Origin: Mobula birostris
Lineage: Eukaryota
Reading direction: 5' to 3'
Assembly (NCBI RefSeq): GCF_030028105.1
Contig: NC_092381.1
Location: 46,291,474-46,355,473 of the forward strand
Length of the DNA: 64,000 nucleotides
Part shown: piece after piece, positions 50,616 to 63,114 of the stretch
Layout of the letters: each line of letters opens with the position of its first letter
Position numbering within the stretch: position 1 is the first letter of the stretch
Position numbers and translations under genes: made by a program
The notes under the pieces: generated by a model
What the model was told of the DNA's origin: nothing
Databases searched by the model: none
The model's input: the letters and a program-made list of their open reading frames with translations, nothing else

Positions 50616-50765
50616 CTTGATCTTTTATGGACCCGGAAGCAAAATGTTATGTACAATCTGTTTGACTGGCCCACACGAAAACAGGCAAAATTAGTTGTTT
50701 TGGCAATAGCTAATACGATGGATCTTCCAGAGAGGATCATGATGAACCGGGTGGCAAGCAGGCTG
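50616..50765 (+). CDS. ORC1: ORC1 coding exon 12 (sensor 1)
   Basis: tttag|CTT; [50 protein letters not shown]; CTG|GTGAGT; 150 nt. Confidence 0.97.
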
Positions 50766-50980
50766 GTGAGTACGTTAGCATTATTTACAACAAACTATTA
50801 AAGGTTTTCTTGGTATTCAGTGTAATGTTATAAGCCATTTTGAATTCAGTCTTCATCAACAAACAAAAATAGCCTCTTCCATGGTTTGCATTCTTTTCAG
50901 TGACAGATGAAACTTAATTAACTGCTGCACTGCATAATATATGTGGATTTAGTGAGATAATGACATTTTTTTTGATATAG

Positions 50981-51100
50981 GGGCTGACCAGAATGTCCTT
51001 CCAACCATACACCTACAAACAGTTGCAGCAAATCATTTCTTCCAGACTCAACCGATTAAAGGCTTTTGAGAACGATGCAATTCAGCTGGTAGCCAGAAAG
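50981..51100 (+). CDS. ORC1: ORC1 coding exon 13
   Basis: tatag|GGG; [40 protein letters not shown]; AAG|GTGAGT; 120 nt. Confidence 0.97.
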
Positions 51101-51262
51101 GTGAGTGGCATCTGGTTAAATAAAACTGGAAATTATGAAAGAAAGCAAATGCAAAGTAATTGCTGGAGATGATGGTGAAACAGTAAGAGTGACCGGTAAT
51201 GAGAGGAGTTGGTGGTTTATTTTTCAGCATTTCACTGGTAAAGTTTTTTTTTGGTCTTACAG

Positions 51263-51432
51263 GTAGCGGCTCTGTCTGGTGATGCAAGGCGTGCTCTGGA
51301 CATTTGCAGAAGAGCTGCTGAGATATGTGAATACTCACTGAGTCAGAAAGCTGCATCCGGCCTTGTAGGAATGCCTCATGTATTACAAGCCCTTGATGAA
51401 ATGTTTTCCTCTCCATATATAACTGCTATAAG
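51263..51432 (+). CDS. ORC1: ORC1 coding exon 14 (sensor 2)
   Basis: tacag|GTA; [23 protein letters not shown]...[13 protein letters not shown]; AG|GTAAGA; 170 nt. Confidence 0.97.
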
Positions 51433-52170
51433 GTAAGAAACTAAATTCCTTGTCTCTATCTTTGTTTACTGTAAGGGAGACAAAATCTTGTGTTTTTTTA
51501 AATAGTGACATTATAAGGTGGCCCGTATCCTAATGCTTTAAGTCCATTTCAGCTATCAGATTGTGTTATTCATGCTTTTTGAAGGAAAGGGCTGTGGGGA
51601 GAACCTCACCCTTCTTTCTATCTCTACAATATGAAATTGATTACATTTCAAAAATATTCACTGTTCTTGCAGCTTCTGACCTGGATGCAAAAGGAGCTAT
51701 ATTAATAAAACTTTTTTTTTCTCACTCTGTCTCCAATATTTAACAAACCTTTGGTCACTTAATCAAATATTTCTATATCTGAGTTGTACCAGAGTTTTTC
51801 TAATGGCACTTGTGAAGCATTTTTAGATGATAAAGGGACAATATAGATACAAGTTCTTATTGCAGTTCAGCCCGAAAATATAAAGGAATAATAGATAACT
51901 AGTATTCAATAACCTTTCAACCCCATATGAAAAAATATTGATATTTCAAACATGATGACTTCATTCAAAAATATGAACACAGCAGATTGTTATTAAGCGA
52001 TTGTTATTATAGTTAAGTGATCAAGATAATTATTTACAAATCTTTAAGTTAGAAGACAAATAGTGATTTACTTTCTAACCTTATTTAGTTAAGGGATTAG
52101 ATATTAATTTGAGGTTTAAATTCAAAGAAAAACATTTTCTTTTATTTAATATGCTGTGTCTACATCGCAG

Positions 52171-52258
52171 GAATGCATCTGTTCAGGAACAAATTTTTAT
52201 GAAGGCAGTGCTCGCTGAATTCCAAAGGCTCGGTCTGGAAGAAGCAACATTTCAGCAG
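52171..52258 (+). CDS. ORC1: ORC1 coding exon 15
   Basis: cgcag|G; [29 protein letters not shown]; CAG|GTTGTA (weak donor); 88 nt. Confidence 0.94.
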
Positions 52259-53312
52259 GTTGTATACAACACTTTGCTTAAAATTCTCACACAATAGTAG
52301 CTGAGAAATATTTAAGTTTAATTTAAAAATGCATGAACAGAAAGGAGCAAAAGTAACTGAGCACATGTGCAAAGATATCACAATCTTTTAACGTTGTGTA
52401 GACCACCTTAATTCTTGGCAATTCTATAGAATTCCTTGGAAATTTTTGGAAACTCATTTACATTTTGATGTGAGGGAGTGAACCCAGCAACACTTGGCAA
52501 TCTGTATACTATGACATGTAAGAAACTAGTTATCAAATCTTGAGCAAAATTGGTAATTAATTGGATTTGATAGTAAATCTCAGGAATTCCCCACTATCTG
52601 TTGGCAGTCTCAAAAAAATGTGCCATTAGGCTTTGAGATTCCTTTGTGAACAAAGATGCCCTGTTTTTGCCTGCGAGCCTTGCCAGCAATTTCCCCACTC
52701 TGCTTCCAAATGGTTCAATGGCAGAGAGAGCTTCCTAAGATTTCCCAGAATTTGTACAAAAGCATCTGTACTCTGATGCTATGCCAAGTTAAACCTGGCA
52801 ATGGATTCTCAGGCTATTCATTTAAATGGAGATTGTCGTACCATAGGCTAAAAGGGGGAGGAGGTTAATTGGAGTTTTTTTTAATATTTCTGTTTTAATA
52901 TTTCAAGCTTGAGATGGAACTTTGCTTTTGTCGAAGGCTTCCTTGGAGGTTGTGTGAATAAAAAAAACCCTTTGACTTCAAGTTTCTAAATTAATGCTTG
53001 GAGAGGTTGCTGGCCCGTCTGACAAAAGGGGGAATTGGTGGCGAGGGAAAGTATAACCAAGCTAATAATGATTGCAACGGCGATAGGAACTCGAAGTTCT
53101 ATTATAATTATCAGAAATTACAAACTGCTTTTCTTATTTTGTGTAGAAATCATATCAAGAATTTTGGTGGTCTCAGGTAGAACTAATTAATTCCTCATTT
53201 GACTGTTTCGTCCTTCTAACATCTCCCAATAAAACATCCTGTTTGTACAAATTGCCAACAGTGAACATGCAAAACATTTTATAACCTGTTCCCTTTACCA
53301 TTTTTTTTGCAG

Positions 53313-53507
53313 ATTTACCAGCAACACATTGGACTGTGTAGAATAGAAGGTCTGCAGCCGCCAACAGTTTCTGAAACAATGCTGGTTTGTACAAGACTTG
53401 GAGCTTGTCGGCTGCTTCTTGTTGAATCCAGTAAAAATGATCTTCACTTGCGAGTTCGATTGAATGTTAGTCATGATGATGTAATGTATGCTTTAAAAGA
53501 AGACTAA
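53313..53507 (+). CDS. ORC1: ORC1 coding exon 16 (winged helix, stop)
   Basis: tgcag|ATT; [13 protein letters not shown]...[22 protein letters not shown]; summed CDS 2553 nt = 850 aa plus stop. Confidence 0.97.
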   Translation: MYQQHIGLCRIEGLQPPTVSETMLVCTRLGACRLLLVESSKNDLHLRVRLNVSHDDVMYALKED

Positions 53508-53636
53508 TTTGTAAATATTATGCAATGTGGAAAATTCAGAATGCTGAAATGTATGTTACTATTTTAACTCTTAATATTAATTTTTTTAACAAAATTAGGT
53601 TTTCAAAGTTTTTAATTTATTTTGAGCAGTTCTTAT

Positions 53637-53670
53637 AATAAAGAAATAGCAACTATGATTATTCAATAAA
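53637..53670 (+). terminator. ORC1 polyadenylation signals
   Basis: AATAAA at 53637-53642 and 53665-53670 in AT-rich sequence 130-160 nt after the stop. Confidence 0.6.
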
Positions 53671-55074
53671 TAAGGCTGCAAATATTAAAGCTTTCAGACA
53701 AAAATGTAACTCAGTTCATCGTGTTTACTTATAATGTGCATTATTCTTTAACCAAGCAATTGTGACTTGTTCTTGAGTTAATACTGCATGAAAACAGTAT
53801 AGTCTTGTTGGTTATTTAATTTTTCCCCTAGCTATGCCAAAACTGAGTAATCAAAAATGAAAGCTTTCTTTCAGCTGTTCTGCTACCACATTATTGGTGT
53901 TTGGAGTCATTTGTTGACTGGAAGATTTAGGTTAATCCTACATGATATATTACTGGGAGGACGGAATCTTATCCATACAGAGGCTGTATTGTCAGTTCTT
54001 CAAACTAGCAAGTGGCTCGGGAAGCAGTGAGGGTTTTATCAACTACACAATCCAAATGAAACTTTTAAAGTTAAAGCTGCCAAGAAAAAAAATTCCATAA
54101 TGTCCACCCAACCTACTTTTCAGCCAAAAAAGGGTTCATAAGCATCTGTCTTAAGTTGCCATGAAATCTCAGTTGATGGCAAGTATACTTGTGTAACTGA
54201 TTCACAAGTTGCACACAAAACAAATGGAAAATCGTCAGTCTCATAAGGGAATGCCACTGAATAGTACAAATAGACAGGGTGGTGTCAACTGTAAATGAAT
54301 AGGTTCTAGTATTTACATCATCCCCTCGTCAATCACACATTTCCATTCATCCAACATGATTATAAGCTGTCCACACTACTAAGTTTTCCATTGATGTAAA
54401 TACAAGATAACTTTGAAGTAAGCAAAAAAAAGTGGGAAGTGGAATACAGAACAAAAACACAGAAGGAACTCTTCACTTTGTACTGCAAATTCTGGAAGTA
54501 AAAGTTACGCAAAATCCTGAAGTCTTAAATCAGGAGTGATCGCTATGTTGATTTCCTTGGAATTTATGAAGTTGATATCAGAGCTGGCCTTTGAAGAATA
54601 CATTTTAGAAATATTTTTGCACACATGGGATCACTGAAGTTTTGAAGGCTTTTTTTTACAAATAAAGAACTTTTAAATAATTTGAAATTATAATTTTAAA
54701 AAAAGCTTTGGAGTGGGCCATCCTGGATCAGACCTTTGCTCAGAGTGTCTGCTCATGGCCCCAGGACTAATCTGGGCTGGATGTTGATTGCAGATTTTTA
54801 CCTTCATTAGGTCATGTTATAACCATTACAGTGCATCATGGGTATAATTGTAAATTGGTTAAATTGTTGTAGGAATCAAGATGCCGAGACACAAGTTCAA
54901 ATGCCACCACAGAAAATGGAAAATATAAATTTTGTTAATGAAATAATCTGGAATAAATAAATAATCAGCAACTGTGACCTTGAAACTATTTGAAAGCCGT
55001 AAAAGCCAAAGTGTATCATCAATGTACTACCATGGGGAAGAAGATCCTGCCTACTCTCTATGCACTATAATACT

Positions 55075-57500
55075 TCATAATACTTTGGTTCAGTATTCAC
55101 TACGGAAATTGACAATTGTGAACTGAAAAGCTTGCGCATGTAGATATTAAGGAAAAGGATGTGCTGGAGCTTTTGGAAAGCATCAAGTTGGATAAGTCAC
55201 TGGGACCGGATGGGATGTACCCCAGGCTACTGTGGGAGGCGAGGAAGGAGATTGCTGAGCCTCTGGCAATAATCTTTGCATCATCAATGGGGATGGGAGA
55301 GGTTGCGGAGGATTGGAGGGTTGCAGATGTTGTTCCCTTATTAAAGAAAGGGAGTAGAGGTAGCCCAGGAAATTATAGGCCGGTGAGTCTTACTTCAGTG
55401 GTTGGTAAGTTGATGGAGAAGATCCTGAGAGGCAGGATTTATGAACATTTAGAGAGGCAAAGTATGATTAGGAATAGTCAGCATAGCTTTGTCAAAGGTG
55501 GGTTGTGCCTTACAAGCCTGATTGATTTTTTTGAGGATGTGACTAAACACATTGATGAAGGTAGAGCAGTAGATGTCATGTATATGGATTTCAGCAAGGC
55601 ATTTGATAAGGTACCCCATGCAAGGCTAATTGAGAAAGTAAAGAGGCATGGGATCCAAGGGGACATTGCTTTGTGGATCCTGAACTGGCTTGCCCACAGA
55701 AGGCAAAGAGTGGTTCTAGACGGGTCATATTCTGCGTGGAGGTCGGTGACCAGTGGTGTGCCTCAGGGATCTGTTCTGGGACCCCTTCTCTTTGTGATTT
55801 TTATAAATGACCTGGATGAGGAAGTGGAGGGATGGGTTAGTAAATTTGCTGATGACACAAAGGTTGGGGGTGTTGTGGATAGTGTGGAGGGCTGTCAGAG
55901 GTTACAGCGGGACATTGATAGGATGCAAAATTGGATTGAGAAGCGGCAGATGGAGTTCAACCCAGATAAGTGAGGTTTTTCATTTTGGTGGAATATAGTA
56001 TTATTGGTGAGACTCTTGGCAGTGTGGAGGATCAGGGGGATTTGGGGTTGAGTCCATAGGACACTCAAAGCTGCCGTGCAGGTTGACTCTGTGGTTAAGG
56101 CTCAAGGTGCATTGGCCTTCAAAAATCATCGGGTTGAGTTTAAGAGCCGAGAGGTAATGCTGCAGCTCTAGGACCCTAGGAGATTTACAAGGATGTTGCC
56201 TGAATTGGGGAGCATGCCTTATGAGAATAGGTTGAGTGAACGCGGCCTTTTCTCCTTAGAGTGACAGAGGATGAGAAGTGACCAGACAGAGGTGTGCAAG
56301 ATGATGAGAGGCATTGATCGTGTGGATAGTCACAGGCTTTTTCCCAGGGCTGGAATGGCTAGCATGAGAGGGCACAGTTTTAAGGTGCTTGAAAGTAGGT
56401 ACTTCCAAGAAGAGATGTCGGGGTTAAGTTTTTTATGCAGAGAATGGTAAGTGTATGGAATGGCCAGTGACGGTGGTGGAGACGAATATGAAAGGGTCTT
56501 CTAAGATACTCCTGGATCGTCGTGGTGGTGGCTATCATTTGAGGTCGAGGATGATGGTCTTCGTTCCGTTGATCTATTTATGGGCTCTCAAGTGGCTTAT
56601 GAGTCCAATCTTGGCTTTGAAAGTTCTTCCGCATTCAGGACAGGTAGTTCCTGATGGCAGATCGGGCTTTGGTTGTTGCTGCCTCTCTTTCCATTTTCTT
56701 CTAATTCTGCACATCTGTTGGCTTCGAAAGTTGCTGTTCCTTCTCGGATGATGGCTTGCCAGAGTTTCCTGTCCTTGGCATTGGCAACAATTTCCCAATT
56801 GTTGATGTCGATTTTGGCTTTTAAGACGTCTTTGAATCTCTTCTGTTGTCTGCCTCTTTTACGTTTGCCTTCTTTAAGCTGGGAGTAGAAGATCTGTTTT
56901 GGGAGACGTTCATCTTCCATCCGAACAACATGACTGCTCCATCTTAGTTGGTTCTTGATGACATAGGCTTCAATGCTCGTTGTTTTTGTTTCATTTAGCA
57001 CACTGACGTTGGTTCTTCTATCTTCCCAGCTGATATTTAAGATGTTTCGAAGGCAGTATTGATGGAACTTTTCAAGTGCCTTCAGATGTCGTCGGTATGT
57101 TGTCTGGGTTTCTGAAGCATACAGGAGCATTGGGATTACCACTGCTTTATACACTAACATTTTGGTGTTTGTTTGGATGTCACGATCATGAAAGACTCTT
57201 GTTCGGAGACATCCAAAAGCTGTTCCAGCACATTTAAGATGATGTTGGATCTCATCATTAAGGTCGACATTGGAGGAGAGGTGACTTTCAAGATATGGAG
57301 AGTGGTGGACGTTTTCCAGGGTTGTTTCGCCAAGCTGAATTGATGGTTCTATCCGATTTGTCTCAGTTGGTGACAAATGGCGCTTAGAAAATTAGAGGGC
57401 TATGGGTAACCCTAGGTAATTTCCAAGGTAAGGACATGTTGGGCACAGCTTTGTGGGCTGCAGGGCCGGTATTGTGCTGTAGGTTTTCTTTGTCTCTATA
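55075..57500 (+). mobile_element. CR1 (HER1-like) LINE 3' half, interrupted by RTE
   Basis: 270-aa ORF with NYRPVSLTS, DFSKAFDKV, GVPQGSVLGP, KFADD; CR1 3' end resumes at about 57377. Confidence 0.9.
56517..57376 (-). mobile_element. RTE-clade LINE 3' fragment
   Basis: YKAVVIPMLLYASET...ILNISWEDRRTN...QLRWSSHVVRM...LPKQIFY; frameshifted zinc finger CPECGRTFKAKIGLISHLRAH. Confidence 0.88.
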
Positions 57501-57760
57501 ACTTTATATACCTCTATTAAATTGTCTCTTAGCCTCCTTTACTCCAAGGTAAACAAATGTAGCCTCGCCAATGATCTCCTCATTAGGGCTCTAATTCAGG
57601 TAACATCCTGGTGAACCTGCTCGACTTTGTCCAGCTTTCCTATGATACAGTAATTGTACTGCACATATTAAACTAATGTTTTGGGAAGCTGCAACTCAAC
57701 ACTAACTTTTATAATCAATGCCCTGGGGTTTGAAGGAAAACACGCCTTATGTCTTCTCTA

Positions 57761-57899
57761 GCAACACACATTAAAGTTGCTGGTGAACGCAGCAGGCCAG
57801 GCAGCACCTCTTCCTAGAGATGCTGCCTGGCCTGCTGCGTTCACCAGCAACTTTAATGTGTGTTGCTTGAATTTCCAGCATCTGCAGAATTCCTGTTGT
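57761..57899 (+). mobile_element. Short PLE-derived insertion with a perfect 46-bp hairpin
   Basis: Perfect 14-bp TSD TTATGTCTTCTCTA (57747-57760, 57900-57913); arms 57761-57806 and 57821-57866. Confidence 0.88.
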
Positions 57900-58734
57900 T
57901 TATGTCTTCTCTACTTCCCTGTGAACTCGAACTACACGATTCCTCTTTACCCACATTCCTCAGCACCTTGCTTTTCACCGGAGAAGTCTTCGCACCACCA
58001 TTAGAGTTCCCAGAATGCAATACCTGGCGTTTGTGGGGATTAAATTCCATCCGCTAAATTTCCATCTAATCTATACAATAATGCAATTTCTGACAATCTC
58101 CCTCGCTATCCACCTCACCATGTAATTGGTAACGTACGAATGGCTTTCTGCATAGCCGGGGAGCTAATGCACCTTGTGTCAAACATCTCTTTCTTTATGC
58201 AGCCAACTGTTCAATGGACGTCATCTGTCCCTTTAAACCGCAGTTGTTCGAGATTTTATTTGAAAGCTCGATTTCCGTTTTCTTTTCAGCATAGCTACAA
58301 CTGCATTATGTTTTTTCTACGCATTTTTCTTTTATTCTGCTGTTTAGAGGGAGAAATAACAGCAAAGCAAGATTTTAAGATTGGCAAAATGTGGCTTACA
58401 CAATTCTTCACTTTTGACCTAACGTTGCTGCTGGTATTAGCGTTCTCTGTTGGCCTCAAGTTTTCTGGGATACTAAACAGACGCACTTCTCCGAAAAAGA
58501 ACGGAAGTTTATCTAAAACAGGGAACTCTTTTCCTAGCCGTATTACAATGTTCATTGCTGCCTCCGAATTTACCGCGAGAAATCGACATGTGCACTTGTT
58601 TCCAAAACAAATGTCTGTATTCACAGCTCTGGTTCTAAAACGCTTTGTGACGGTGGAGGATATTTTAAATCATGGGAGAATTATTATAGTCACAGTCACA
58701 GTTTCCCCTTGATCTGTCAACGAAAATAAATGCA

Positions 58735-59010
58735 AGGGACTTGCGGAGCTGCCGAGGCTGAGCGGTCGGACTCGGAGCCACGCCGCGAACTCTGCGAGCG
58801 ATCGAGCACTGGGAGTGAGTGGGCCGGAAAGCGGCAGCCGCGGCCGCTGTGAGTCTGCGTGAACGCGACAGACCGAGCTCGGGTGAAGGTGGCCTGAACT
58901 TCGCGCTGGCTCCTGACTGACCCACCTGCAGTGTTCGGTTCAGGAAGTGAATTAATTTACACCTGAAAGTAACACCTTGACGGCTGTGTCGGCCGCCTAT
59001 TGGATATACC
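58735..59010 (+). promoter_or_regulatory. CC2D1B CpG-rich promoter/5'UTR
   Basis: CpG-island-like segment with ETS-like CCGGAA and CAGGAAGTG upstream of the ATG. Confidence 0.6.
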
Positions 59011-59076
59011 ATGTTTACTGCAAAACCCAGAAAGAAACAAGCGACCAAAGGCCAGGGCGCAGCTGCAGCTAAACAG
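59011..59076 (+). CDS. CC2D1B: CC2D1B (Freud-2/Lgd-like) first coding exon
   Basis: accATG; MFTAKPRKKQATKGQGAAAAKQ resembles the CC2D1B N-terminus (..GQGVAAAKQ); strong donor CAG|GTAAGT; CpG-rich context; syntenic downstream of ORC1. Confidence 0.85.
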
Positions 59077-59384
59077 GTAAGTACTTGTTAGCACGGAGAG
59101 ACTGATGACTCTGCGTTTCAAACCGCGTCCCGAGACCGGGAGGGGTAGATCATGGTGACATGTCTACCACAGACTCCCAGTCCCACTCTTAAGTGGGTGG
59201 GTTCACTGCAGTGCAGTTTGTTTGTGAAGCACGTGGTGTTAGAAACTCGTGACGTTTTGCAATAACCTCGAACAAGTTCTACTAATTTTTCAACTAACTT
59301 TTAAAGATCTCTCCAGTAGATATTTATGATGTCACAATTAGATAAGCGGCGCCGCTGTTTGAAGACTCGAGATTGCTTCATGCC

Positions 59385-62300
59385 TAATATTCTTGCGGGC
59401 AGGTTTGTTAGAACCGTTGGGGAGGGTTTAAATTAATTTGGCAGAGGGGTGAGGACCGGAGTGAAGGGACTCAGGATAGGAAGGATGGTTAAAAAAAAAG
59501 AGTAAAGATCACGTGCAGTCAGACTGTCGGGAAGGGCAGGCAGCTGCTGGGACTTAGTTGCAGCCAACATGCTGAGTATCAAAACATCAGGAATGCAGAA
59601 TCAGAGAGGATAGCAAATGCGGTACTCAAGGTGTTGTATCTAAATGTGCGTAGTATAAGAAATAAGGTGGATGATCTTGTTTCACTATTACGGATTTGCC
59701 AGGTATGATGTTGTGGCCATCACTGAATCGTCGCTGAAGATTGGTTGTAGTTGGGAGCTGAATGTCCAAGGTAACACGTTATATCGGAGGGATAGGAAGG
59801 TAGGCAGAGGGGGTGGTGAGGCTCTACTGGTAAAGAATGGCATCAAATCAGTAGAAAGATGTGACTTAGGATCCGAAGATGTTGAATCCTTGTGGGTTGA
59901 GTTAAGAAACTGCAAGGGTAAAGGACATTGATGGCAGTTGTATACAGGCCTCCCAGTAGTGGTTGGGAAGTGGGCCACAGATTACAACAGGAAATAGAAA
60001 AGGCGTGTCAAAAGGGGACGGTCCTTGGAGATTTCAACATGCAGCTCAATTGGGAAAATCAGGTTGGAAATGGATCTCAAGAGAGTGAGTTTGTTGAATG
60101 CCTACAAGATGGCTTTTTAGAGCAGTTTGACATTGAGCCAACTAGGGGATCAGCTAGCTCAAGGTAAAAGAGCCCTTGGGAGCCTGTGATCACAATAAGA
60201 TTGAGTTCAACTTGAAATTTGATGGGGAGAAAGTAAAGTCTGATGTAGCAGTGTTTCAGTGTAGTAAGGGAAATTACAGTGGTACGAGACAGGAGTTGGT
60301 GGCCAAAGTAAATAAGAAGGAGCTGCTGGCAGGGATGTCAACAGAGCAGCAATGGCTTGCATTCTGGGAAAAATGAGGAAGATGCAGGACATATGTATTC
60401 CAAAAATGAAGAAATACTGAAATGGTAAAATGTACAACCATGGCTGACATGGGAAGTCAAAGCTATTTGACGTGGGTGCAGTTACTGTTACAAGAGAGAA
60501 GGTGCTGAGAAAACTAAAAGACCTGAAGTTACATAAGTCACCCGGACCAGATGAACTGCACCCTGAGGTTCTTAAAGAGGTAGCATTAGAGATTGTGGTG
60601 ACATTATAAATGATCTTTCAAAAATCATTGGACTGCCAGAGAATGGGAAAATTCCAAATGTTACTCCACTCTTTAAGAAAGGAAGGAGGCAGCAGAAAGG
60701 AAATTATAGACCAGTTAGCCTGATCTCAGTGGTTAGGAAGATGTTAGAGTCAGATGTTAAGGATGAGGTGATGGAGTACTTGGTGACACAGGACAAGATA
60801 GTACAAAGTCAGCATGGTTTCCTTCAGGGAAAATCCTGCCTGATGAACCTGCTGGAATTCTCTGAGGAGATTACAAGGAGGATAGATAAAGGGGATGCAG
60901 TGAACATTGTATATTTGGACTTTCAGAAGGCCTTTGACAAGGTGCCACACATGAGGCTGCTTACCAAGTTAAGAGCCCATGGTATTACAGGGAAGTTACT
61001 AACATGGTTAGAGCATTGGCTGGTTGGTAGGAGGCAGCAAGTGTGAATAAAAAGATCCTTTTCTGGTTGGCTGCCAGTGACTTAGTGGCATTCCGCAGGG
61101 GTCGGTGTTGGGACCACTTCTTTTTATGCTGTATATAAATGATTTAGATGATGGAATTGGTGGCTTTGTTGCCAAGTTTGCAGATGATATGAAGATTGGT
61201 GGGGGGCAGGTAGTTTTGAGGAAATAGGTAGGATACAGAATGACATAGTCTGATTAGGAGAATGGGCAAGAAAGTGGCAAATGAAATACAATGTTGGAAA
61301 ATGCATGGTCATTCACTTTGGTAGTAGAAATAAATATGCGGACTATATTCTAAACAGGGAGAAAATCCAGGAATCCCGAGGTGCAGAGGGACGTGGGAGT
61401 TCTTGTGCAGAACACCCTAAAGGTTAACTTGCAGGTAGAGTCAGTGGTGAAGAAGGCAAATGCCATGTTAGCATTAACTTCAAGATGTCTAGAATACAAG
61501 AGCAGGGATGTGATGCTGAGGATTTATAAGGCACTGGTGAGGCCTCACCTTGAGTATCTAGATTAAAAGTAACGTTAGCAAATTTGCAGATGACACAAAG
61601 CTGGGTGACAGTGTGAAATGTGAGGAGGATGTTATGAGAATGCAGGGTGACTTGGACGGGTTGGGTGAGTGGGGAGATGCATGGCAGATGCAGTTTAATG
61701 TGCATAAATGTGGGGTTAGCCACTTTGGTGGCAAGAACAGGAAGGGAGATTACTATTTGAATGGTGTCAAGTTAGGAAAAAGGGAAGTACAATGAGATCT
61801 GGGTGTCCTTGTTCATCAGTCACTGAAAGTAAGCATGCAGGTACAGTAGGCAGTGAAGAAAGCTAATGGCATGTTGGCCTTCATAACAAGGGGAGTTGAG
61901 TATAGGAGCAAAGAGGTCTTTCTGCAGTTGTACAGGCCCTGGTGAGACCACACCTGGAGTATTGTGTGCATTTTTGGTCTCCAAACTTGAGGAAGGACAT
62001 TCTTGCTATTGAGGGAGTGCAGCGTAGGTTCACAAGGTTAATTCCCGGGATGGTGGGACTGTCACATGTTGAAAGATTGGAGCGACTGGTCTTGTATACA
62101 CTGGAATTTAGAAGGATGGGAGGGGATCTGATTGAAACATATAAGATTATGAAGGGATTGGACATGCTGGAGGCAGGAAACATGTTCCCGATGTTGGGGG
62201 AGTCCAGAACCAGAGGCCACAGATTAAGAATAAGGGGTAGGCCATTTAGAACGGAGTTGAGGAAAAACGTTTTCACCCAGAGGGTTGTGGATCTGTGGAA

Positions 62301-63030
62301 TGCTCTGCCTCAGAAGGCAGTGGAGGCCAATTCTCTGGATGCTTTCAAGAAAAAGTTAGATGGAGCTCTTAAAGATAGTGGAGTCAAGGGATATGGGGAA
62401 AGGCAGAAACGGGGTACCGATTGTGGATGATCAGCCAAGATCACAGTGAATGGTGGTGCTGGCTCGAAGGGCTGAATGGCCTACTCCTACACCTATTGTC
62501 TATTGTGAACAGTTTTGGGCCCCTCATCTTAGAAAAGCTGTGCTGGCATTGGAGAGGGTCCAGAGGAGGTTCACAAGGAATGAAAGGGTTATCATATGAG
62601 GAACATTTAATGGCTCTGGGTCTGTACTCGCTGGAATTCAGAAGGATGGGAGGATCTCACTGAAACCTTTCGAATGTTGTAAGGCATAGACAGAGTAGAT
62701 GTGGAAAAGATGTTTCCCCTGGAGGGAGAGTCTAGGACAAGAGGGCACAGCCTCAGGATAGAGGGACACCCTTTCAAAACAGAGGTGCAGAGAAATTTCT
62801 TTAGCCAAAGGGTGGTGAATTTGTGGAATTTGTTGCCACATGCAGCTGTGGAGGCCAGGTCGTTGGGAATATTTAAGGCAGAGATTGAAAGGTTCTTGAT
62901 TGAACATGGCATCAAGGGTTACGGGGAGCTGGGTTTGAGGAGGAGGGTTAAAAAGGATCAGCTATGATTGGTGGAACAGACTCGATGGGCGGGTGGCCTA
63001 ATTCTGCTCCAATGTCTTCTTGTCTTATGA
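59385..63030 (+). mobile_element. CR1 LINE (ORF1 end and ORF2), degenerate, in CC2D1B intron
   Basis: APE (AITESS, VYRPP, GDFN, DHN), RT (DFQKAFDKV, KFADD) and CR1 3' end. Confidence 0.88.
61558..62500 (+). mobile_element. Second CR1 LINE 3' fragment nested in the previous CR1
   Basis: Host gagtat|tgtgaacag is split; insert runs from KFADD to its own 3' end ...ctattgtc. Confidence 0.8.
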
Positions 63031-63114
63031 TTTTATGTCACTTCCTGTACACAAGTGCAAAGGAGAGAACAATATAATTGTTACTCCATACCCAATGAAG
63101 CATAAAAAAATCTT

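Noticed and set aside
58140-58712. 190-aa plus ORF overlapping a 109-aa minus ORF
   Set aside because: No recognisable domain or splice context; lies in CC2D1B upstream DNA; likely chance
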